Source: Candidatus Obscuribacterales bacterium (lineage in GTDB: Bacteria > Cyanobacteriota > Vampirovibrionia > Obscuribacterales > Obscuribacteraceae). From it: a stretch of DNA of 30,528 bases. Every line of letters begins with the position of its first letter. Position 1 is the first letter of the stretch. Under the pieces are notes generated by a model. It had not been told where the DNA came from, did no database searches, and was given only the letters and a program-made list of their open reading frames with translations. The position numbers were made by a program, and so were the translations under genes. The stretch lies in assembly GCA_021732245.1 (NCBI GenBank), contig JAKFVJ010000361.1:1-30528 (forward strand), given 5' to 3'. Positions 23,855 to 30,528 of the stretch are shown here, one piece after another.

Positions 23855-25168
23855 TTAGAGTGGATGTCCGATTGCTTGTTCCAGGTCCGTTAAGGACTGC
23901 TGGTAACTGCGGACGGCTTCAAGATAGGAGGCTTTGGTTTGCACATTTGCTTGTTGTGCAGCCAATGTTGCAGTAATATCGTTTTGACCAACTTCGTATC
24001 CGCGTCTTGCCATTCTGGCTACCTTTTCCGATGTAGGGAGTATTTTTTCTTGGAAATAGGCAACTCTTTGGCGTGCGGCAGAAAGCTGCTGGTATGCAGA
24101 TATCACTTCTTCAGTGACAACGTTTTTGGTTGATTCGAATTCTCGCTTTATTTGAATGTTTTGCGCTTTCAATCTAGCCAGTTCGCCTTGTTGAAAATTA
24201 AATACTGGCAATTCTTGAGTGACAGCTATGAAATAGCCCCTTGTGGCCGGACCTTCAGGAGGATTTCCGGAGTATGAACTACCTGCACTTAACTGGGTGT
24301 TAGGAACGATATTGCCTAAGGCTGTTCTCATGCCAGCTTGATTTACGGCAAGAGTTTGCCTGACGACTTTGAGATCAAGACGATTTTTGAGAGCATCTGC
24401 AATAAGACTGTCTAAAGTAGGCAGATCTTTGCTGAAGTCGGGCAATAGTTCATTGACTTCTGCTCTCAATTGAAACTGCGGAAGGTGTTGGACCGATATG
24501 CTGTTCTTGTAGTCTCTTCCTGCAATGACGCTTAGTCGTTGTTTAGTCTGATCCAGTTTTTTCTCGCTCTGAAGTAAGTCAGCTTCAGCTTGAAAGGCTG
24601 CCAATTCGGCGCGATTAACATCGAAGGCAGCGACGTCGTCTGCTGCGAATCGTTTTTGAGCGATACTTACCAGACCTTCAGAAAGTTGCCGCAAATCTTC
24701 GTATGTTTGACGACTTTCAATAGCCATGACCACATCCAGATAGGCACGGCGAACGGTACTTCTTAATTGCCACAAATTACGCTGAATTTCAAAATCAACT
24801 TGCTTTACCTGAGAACGAGCCAATAACAATCTGAAGGCAAGTTTCCATGGCGGCTCGATCGGCACTATGGCACCAACTTGTTTGGCTAACTGTGCAGTGT
24901 CATTCAGAACAAAAATTGAAGGGTTCGGTAAGGTAAGAGCTTGCGCGTAGGCTGCTCTGGATATCCCTAATTGTGCTCGAATGTTTGCCGCTCTTGGACT
25001 GTTAACTAGAGATTCATCAAAAACAGCTGACAGTGGGGTGAATTGTTGCCGATTGGATTCTTGAGGCACATTTAGTAACGCTGGATCAACAGAGGCAGCG
25101 TGGGTAGGCATCACTGTGCCAAAGACACAGCAAACAGCAAGTAACAGTGGTTTGTACCGGGCACTCAT
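23855..25168 (-). CDS. czcC: TolC/CzcC family outer-membrane efflux protein
   Basis: Signal peptide and OEP repeat pattern (VRRAYLDVV, ARRGYEVGQ). Directly coupled to the RND gene by an ATGA overlap. Confidence 0.85.
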   Translation of the reverse strand: MSARYKPLLLAVCCVFGTVMPTHAASVDPALLNVPQESNRQQFTPLSAVFDESLVNSPRAANIRAQLGISRAAYAQALTLPNPSIFVLNDTAQLAKQVGAIVPIEPPWKLAFRLLLARSQVKQVDFEIQRNLWQLRSTVRRAYLDVVMAIESRQTYEDLRQLSEGLVSIAQKRFAADDVAAFDVNRAELAAFQAEADLLQSEKKLDQTKQRLSVIAGRDYKNSISVQHLPQFQLRAEVNELLPDFSKDLPTLDSLIADALKNRLDLKVVRQTLAVNQAGMRTALGNIVPNTQLSAGSSYSGNPPEGPATRGYFIAVTQELPVFNFQQGELARLKAQNIQIKREFESTKNVVTEEVISAYQQLSAARQRVAYFQEKILPTSEKVARMARRGYEVGQNDITATLAAQQANVQTKASYLEAVRSYQQSLTDLEQAIGHPL

Positions 25169-28100
25169 TTGGTTGGAGCATCTCCCTTCAGTGTCGGATA
25201 TGTGGATGATTTTTCAGTATCACGTTTGTTGGACATACGTTGGGAGATTCGCTTAGCGGTTTTTTCGAACCATATGAAGAGATTGGGCAATAGTAGAAGT
25301 GTAAGAAGGCTTGATGTGATAAGACCGCCAATTACAACTGTTGCTAATGGGCGTTGCACCTCAGCACCAGCGGAACTTGAAAATGCCATTGGGAAAAAGC
25401 CAAGGCTGGCAACAAGAGCGGTCATAAGCACAGGGCGAAGCCTTGTGAGGGCCCCTTGAATAACCGCTGCTTCTGTGTCCATATGTTCCTTCAAGCTATT
25501 TATATAGCTGACCATTACGACTCCATTGAGAACAGCAACTCCGGATAAGGCAATGAATCCGACACCTGCCGAAATTGAAAATGGCATTCCCCGTATAGCA
25601 AGAGCAAAAACACCACCCACTATGGCAAACGGAATACCGGTGTAAATAAGCAGCGCCTCGCTGACCGAACCGAAAGTCATGAACAACAGTATGAAAATAA
25701 GTAAGAGAGCAACGGGTACCACAATGGACAACATCAGAGTTGCCCGTTGTAGATTTTCAAATTGCCCGCCCCAGGTGATGTAATAGCCTTCTGGCAATTT
25801 TATGTTCTTATCGATTTCAGCTTGAGCGTCTTTGACAAAGCTTCCAATGTCGCGGCCGCGAACGTTCAATTCGACAACAATACGTCTTCTTCGATCTTCG
25901 CGTGAGATTTGCGCAGGTCCTTCTTCGACAGTTATTTTGGACAGAGCAGAAAGTGGTATTAACGCACCGGAATTTCCGGCAGTAAGTGCCGGTGCAGAGA
26001 CAAGCAGTTTCTTAATTGCTTCGATATCCTGGGCGCTGCCTTCAGTCAGGCGCACTATCATGTCGAAGCGCTGCTCGCCCTCATAGACAATCCCGGCGGG
26101 TTGTCCGGCTATGATTGACTGGACAATGTTGTTGACGTCTTGAACATTTATTCCATATCTGGCAATTGCATCTCTGTCGGCTTCAATAGATAGTTGTGGA
26201 AGACCGGCAGTTTGTTCAAGTTTTACATCGGCTGCTCCAGGAACTTTCGAAATTACCTTGGCTATTTTCTCCGCGACTTGACGAAGCGTATTGAGGTCAT
26301 CGCCAAAGACTTTTACTGCAATGTCAGACCGGACGCCTGCTATTAATTCTGCGGTACGAAGTTCAATCGGTTGAGAAAAACTAAAAACTGCCTGTGGCAC
26401 TTTGTTCTCAAGTGCTTTGGACATCTTATTGATTAACTCTTCGCGGCTATGGGCAGATTTCCATTCGCCAATGGGCTTGAGTGCCACGTACATGTCGACA
26501 CTTTCTACTCCCATCGGATCTGTGGCGACTTCAGCGCGGCCTATTTTACTCACCGTTTTTACGACTTCCGGAAACGACATCAAGACTTGCTCGGCTTGTG
26601 TTGCAGTGGCAATTGATTGTGTAAGAGATACGCTTGGAAGTTGTTGCATCTGAATGGCCAGGGCACCTTCATCAAGACGAGGAATGAATTCAGAGCCGAG
26701 CATAGGAAATGTGATTGCGCTGAAAACAAGTAAGCTCGCAGCAACGGCAAATGTTTGTGGTCTGAAATTCCAAGCCAGTGCAAGAGCACGCTTATAGAGC
26801 GGTTTAACTATCCGTAGAAGCCAACTTTCTTCTTCTTTGACCGGACCGGTCATGATGATTGTGAGAAGTGCTGGGACATAGGTGAGAGACAGCAATAGAG
26901 ATCCAGCCAATGCAAAAACAATAGTCATAGACATCGGTTTGAACATCTTGCCTTCAATGCCGCTCAAACTAAATATAGGCAGATAAACGATGGCAATTAT
27001 GGCAACAGCAAACACAACAGGGCGTCCCACCTCAAGACAAGCTTTCAATATCGTGGTTTTGCGATCTTCATTCAGCTTTTCGTGCTGTGCTTCAGCCAGC
27101 CTACGCACGGCATTTTCAACCATAACAACTGCACCATCGACAATAAGTCCAAAGTCGATAGCACCAAGGCTCATGAGATTGCCTGACACTTTGAAGATAT
27201 TCATGCAGATGGCAGCAAATAACATGGACAGGGGAATGACGCTGGCAACAAGTAATGCGCCTCGCCAATTACCGAGTACTACAAGCAGCACTACAATGAC
27301 CAGTATTGCCCCTTCAAATAGATTCGACTCCACTGTATGGATGGTTCTATCAACAAGTTCAGAGCGGTCGTAAAATGGAACCAGCTCTACCCCTGGTGGT
27401 AGTGATTTCTTGATTTGAGCAACTCGCTTCTTGGCATTTTCTACGACTGTACGAGAATTCTCTCCTTTGAGCATCATTACTATGCCTGCAACAATCTCAC
27501 CTTTTCCGTCTGCCAGAACGGCTCCTTGTCTGACTTCTGAGCCAACATCAACTGTGGCTACATCGCGTACAAAAATTGGAACACCCTCAGCGCCTGTTTT
27601 GACAACGATGTTGGCTATTTGTTGGGTTGTTTGAGTGAGTCCTATTCCACGCAGCACATATTGCTCGCCTGAGTGTTCAATGTAGGCACCCCCTACATTT
27701 TCATTGTTGGCAACAACGGCGGACAATATTTCTTTTAGAGTAAGACCGTAAGCTTGTAATCTGGATGGATCAACACGAATTTGGTATTGCTTTTTCTGTC
27801 CACCATAACTGTTTACTTCGGCAACACCTTGTGTACCCATAAGCTGACGACGAACTATCCAGTCTTGTATGGTGCGCAATGCGATAGGATCTCTTAAAGT
27901 TCCCTGACCGGGACGAACTTCGTACTGATAGATTTCGCCAAGTCCAGTTGATATTGGACCCATTTCAGGTGACCCAATGGATTCCGGAATTTGTTGTCTT
28001 ACCTGAGTCAGTCTTTCCAACACAAGCTGACGGGCAAAATATGTATCGACAGCATCATCAAAGACGATAGTAACTGCAGAAAGACCGAACTTGGAGACGG

Positions 28101-28350
28101 ATCGTACTTGACTTACGCCTGGTAGACCACTCATTGCAATTTCAATTGGAAAAGTTATTTGGCGCTCTACTTCAAGCGGTGCAAGTGACGGAGCGGCTGT
28201 TAATACTTGAACTTGCACATTGGTAATGTCCGGTACTGCATCAATAGGCAGTTTCTGCAGGCTATACCAGCCAGCACCTATTAAAAATATGACCATCATA
28301 ATGATGAGCAGCGGTTGTTTTATGGAGAAACGAATAATTGCGTCAATCAT
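25165..28350 (-). CDS. czcA: CusA/CzcA family heavy-metal efflux RND transporter
   Basis: LPIDAVPDITNVQVQV, GAIDFGLIVDGAVVMVEN, RLRPVLMTALVASLGF, AEVQRPLATVVIGG. Confidence 0.95.
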   Translation of the reverse strand: MIDAIIRFSIKQPLLIIMMVIFLIGAGWYSLQKLPIDAVPDITNVQVQVLTAAPSLAPLEVERQITFPIEIAMSGLPGVSQVRSVSKFGLSAVTIVFDDAVDTYFARQLVLERLTQVRQQIPESIGSPEMGPISTGLGEIYQYEVRPGQGTLRDPIALRTIQDWIVRRQLMGTQGVAEVNSYGGQKKQYQIRVDPSRLQAYGLTLKEILSAVVANNENVGGAYIEHSGEQYVLRGIGLTQTTQQIANIVVKTGAEGVPIFVRDVATVDVGSEVRQGAVLADGKGEIVAGIVMMLKGENSRTVVENAKKRVAQIKKSLPPGVELVPFYDRSELVDRTIHTVESNLFEGAILVIVVLLVVLGNWRGALLVASVIPLSMLFAAICMNIFKVSGNLMSLGAIDFGLIVDGAVVMVENAVRRLAEAQHEKLNEDRKTTILKACLEVGRPVVFAVAIIAIVYLPIFSLSGIEGKMFKPMSMTIVFALAGSLLLSLTYVPALLTIIMTGPVKEEESWLLRIVKPLYKRALALAWNFRPQTFAVAASLLVFSAITFPMLGSEFIPRLDEGALAIQMQQLPSVSLTQSIATATQAEQVLMSFPEVVKTVSKIGRAEVATDPMGVESVDMYVALKPIGEWKSAHSREELINKMSKALENKVPQAVFSFSQPIELRTAELIAGVRSDIAVKVFGDDLNTLRQVAEKIAKVISKVPGAADVKLEQTAGLPQLSIEADRDAIARYGINVQDVNNIVQSIIAGQPAGIVYEGEQRFDMIVRLTEGSAQDIEAIKKLLVSAPALTAGNSGALIPLSALSKITVEEGPAQISREDRRRRIVVELNVRGRDIGSFVKDAQAEIDKNIKLPEGYYITWGGQFENLQRATLMLSIVVPVALLLIFILLFMTFGSVSEALLIYTGIPFAIVGGVFALAIRGMPFSISAGVGFIALSGVAVLNGVVMVSYINSLKEHMDTEAAVIQGALTRLRPVLMTALVASLGFFPMAFSSSAGAEVQRPLATVVIGGLITSSLLTLLLLPNLFIWFEKTAKRISQRMSNKRDTEKSSTYPTLKGDAPTK

Positions 28351-29714
28351 TACTCTTCTCCAAACTGTTCTTTAAGAAGTTTCGACTTCAGGACAAAAGA
28401 ACCATCTGCTGCTACTTGTTCACCAACTTCAAGTCCGCTAAGAATGGGCACGACCCCGGATGTGGCTGTTCCGATTTGGACATTGCGAACACGAAATTGT
28501 TCTGATGTTCTATCTTTGACGAAGACAACCGGCTTGCCATCAACTGTCTGTACTGCTGCTTGTGGAACAAACGGAACGTTCTGCATGGTTGCCTGAGTAG
28601 TGAATTCTACTTGTGCAAAGGATCCGACTTGGATCTTGTGTGCTGGATTTGCTATTTCAATGCGGACTCTCGATGTACGAGTGTCTTCATTGAGACGTGG
28701 ATCTATATAACTCACAGCACCGGTAACTAAACGATTACCCAGTTTGACATTGGCTGGGCTGCCTATGTGAATGCCGGTCATCTGGGTTTCAGGTACATTT
28801 GCTATGACCCAGAGAATATTTGTATTTGCTATTGTCAGAAGAGGCTTGCCTTGTTCAAAACCGGATCCGGGATTGACGAAACGTTCAATAATTGTGCCGG
28901 CTATAGGTGAACGTAACTCGATTTGTGAGATATTGTGTTCGACACCGGTTTCCGATCCCAGATGAGCATCCAAGGCTCGTAGTGCATCGCGAATATGTTC
29001 TGTTTCTGTTTCGGCAGTCTGAACTTCTGCTTTGGCTTGAGTCACTTCCCTATTTAATGTGATGTCTTTTTGGAAGTTATATTCGGCTTTGGCTCGATCA
29101 TATTCCGACTCCGTAGCTACTAAGTCTTTGCGTGCAGTCAGTCCTTCTGAGACAAGCAGTTTGGTTCGCTTGAGATTGGATTCTGCCTCATCGAGGCTGG
29201 CTTTTGATTTTAAGACGGAAACGCGATTGGCTGACTGTTGCACTCTATCGAGATTTATTTTGGATAAACGAAGTCTGGTCTCTGCTTCGTGTAGTTTTCC
29301 ATGCATCTCGGCTACTTGGGGGCTATCGATTTCAATAAGTACTGTCCCTGGCTTGACAGTATCTCCCAGAGACACAAATATCCTTTGAACACGGCCGCTG
29401 ACCAGTGGTGTCACCTGTTGCAATTGTTGTTGATTTGGTTCTACGGTGCCGGCGACGGAAAACGTTTCGGTCGGAGTCTGGCGAGTGACCGTAGCAAGTT
29501 TTATTCCGGCTGCTTTGCGATCAATATCAAGTGCGTCGGTTTTCTCCTCTACTTTGTTGGATTCTTTCGGTGCGCGATTGTTTAGCACAAACCAAAGTCC
29601 TAAACAAAGGACCCCAGTTACAGCAATTACTATTGCTGTAACCATCCATGCACGTGTTGCATTGCGTGATGCATTGGACGTAGATGATGGGTGTAATTCC
29701 TCAGGCGGTTGCAT
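28350..29714 (-). CDS. czcB: RND periplasmic adaptor (membrane fusion protein), CzcB-like
   Basis: N-terminal TM, lipoyl-like halves (VTPLVSGRV; LRSPIAGTI) around a long hairpin, and VPQAAVQ..G..VVFV. TAATG overlap with czcA. GGAG RBS. Confidence 0.9.
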   Translation of the reverse strand: MQPPEELHPSSTSNASRNATRAWMVTAIVIAVTGVLCLGLWFVLNNRAPKESNKVEEKTDALDIDRKAAGIKLATVTRQTPTETFSVAGTVEPNQQQLQQVTPLVSGRVQRIFVSLGDTVKPGTVLIEIDSPQVAEMHGKLHEAETRLRLSKINLDRVQQSANRVSVLKSKASLDEAESNLKRTKLLVSEGLTARKDLVATESEYDRAKAEYNFQKDITLNREVTQAKAEVQTAETETEHIRDALRALDAHLGSETGVEHNISQIELRSPIAGTIIERFVNPGSGFEQGKPLLTIANTNILWVIANVPETQMTGIHIGSPANVKLGNRLVTGAVSYIDPRLNEDTRTSRVRIEIANPAHKIQVGSFAQVEFTTQATMQNVPFVPQAAVQTVDGKPVVFVKDRTSEQFRVRNVQIGTATSGVVPILSGLEVGEQVAADGSFVLKSKLLKEQFGEE

Positions 29715-29737
29715 GAGTTCTCCTTACTGAAAAGCAG

Positions 29738-29776
29738 ACAAAACAAAAGATGCGCCACGGCAAAAGCCGTCGCGTC
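29738..29776 (-). terminator. Intrinsic terminator-like hairpin between the czcI-like ORF and czcB
   Basis: Minus strand GACGCG-ACGGC-UUUU-GCCGU-GG-CGCAUC followed by UUUUGUUUUGU. Confidence 0.55.
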
Positions 29777-29796
29777 GGAATCTGTTATTTCTGAGT

Positions 29797-30189
29797 TTAG
29801 ATTAGGAGTTGCTGGTGCAGAGAAACTAGCGTTTGTGCAGTATTTCGCAGCGGCGCCTTATTGATACCGCTTTGCGCCAGCATAGTAGAACATGCGAAGG
29901 TGCAAACAAAATTATCGGTGGAGACAAGCGCAAATGCCGTCGGCGCATTTAATTGACTGAGGGTTATTGAGCTGATGAATGGAACATCAGTATGACTAAA
30001 GCAACAATTGGTTGTATGTCCGCAGTCGCTACATAAATCTTTTACAACATTTAAGATCTTCGATTGTGTACTTTCTGAAGCTACCACTTCACTTGGACAT
30101 ATGCACAACTCAAATGGCGCTTTGGTAAACTCGGCACCAAAGCAGATAAGTAGGGTTAGCAGTAATGCGAAAACAGATTTCGTTTTCAT
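29797..30189 (-). CDS. Small exported Cys/His-rich protein, CzcI/DUF2946-like by composition and position
   Basis: Signal-like N-terminus, CICP and CSDCGHTTNCCFSH. First gene of the efflux operon. Confidence 0.55.
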   Translation of the reverse strand: MKTKSVFALLLTLLICFGAEFTKAPFELCICPSEVVASESTQSKILNVVKDLCSDCGHTTNCCFSHTDVPFISSITLSQLNAPTAFALVSTDNFVCTFACSTMLAQSGINKAPLRNTAQTLVSLHQQLLI

Positions 30190-30335
30190 ATCCCATCGAT
30201 CTTAATTTGAGGAATCAGGTTATCTCATAAATGGTCAAAGGATGCAAGTATCGCTTCTTTGCAACCACTATCCATGATAACTCCAAATCGGCATTAAGTG
30301 GGGATTTCTGTAAGCTGACTTTGACTCCATATTTT

Positions 30336-30354
30336 GAATCCACATTATGGATTC
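30336..30354. promoter_or_regulatory. Perfect 7-5-7 inverted repeat, candidate operator
   Basis: GAATCCA-catta-TGGATTC, about 150 nt upstream of the first metal-efflux ORF. Confidence 0.35.
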
Positions 30355-30528
30355 TAGAATGCTGATGTTATGGACATACTAAACAGATTATTGATACATA
30401 AGAACTCTTTTATTAGAATTTGGAATAGGCTCCAATTAATTGAGATTTTCGCTGAAGGTAATCTCCACGACTTTTTCCAGCGACTGATTGACGATTTCAG
30501 TTTCCTGCACACAAAGTGTGAGCAGCTC

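Noticed and set aside
505-30205. Numerous short opposite-strand or overlapping ORFs (e.g. 916..1464, 3495..3824, 14912..15319, 22248..22640, 26990..27373, 29059..29388)
   Set aside because: They lie wholly within better-supported genes, lack RBS and recognisable motifs, and have the composition expected of shadow frames.

Overview
A 30.5 kb bacterial window with two halves. The protein styles suggest Candidatus Melainabacteria / Obscuribacterales; this is inference from family resemblance, not from a marker gene. The left half (1-19.0 kb) is an accessory region of hypothetical, secreted and membrane proteins. It contains five large proteins built from one of two conserved glycine-rich hydrophobic N-terminal modules, each joined to an unrelated C-terminal cargo (ankyrin-like repeats, TPR, HExxH + 11-mer repeats + a CCQH domain, and unknown domains). 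Four of these five genes, plus a small divergent gene, have a CGTATTTTCCCCA-like motif 55-76 nt upstream of the start. Also present are a ~420 bp promoter-plus-gene direct duplication (period ~1580 bp, one copy frameshifted), a DoxX-like membrane protein, a membrane-anchored HTH-TPR protein, a DUF305 protein and a ParB-like protein. The right half (19.2-30.2 kb, all minus strand) is a heavy-metal efflux locus: czcI-like, czcB, czcA, czcC, P1B-4 ATPase, atypical receiver domain, bestrophin, MgtC, then a CsoR/RcnR repressor. No rRNA, tRNA, CRISPR array, transposase or integrase was recognised. All domain calls come from motif recognition by eye; no searches were run.
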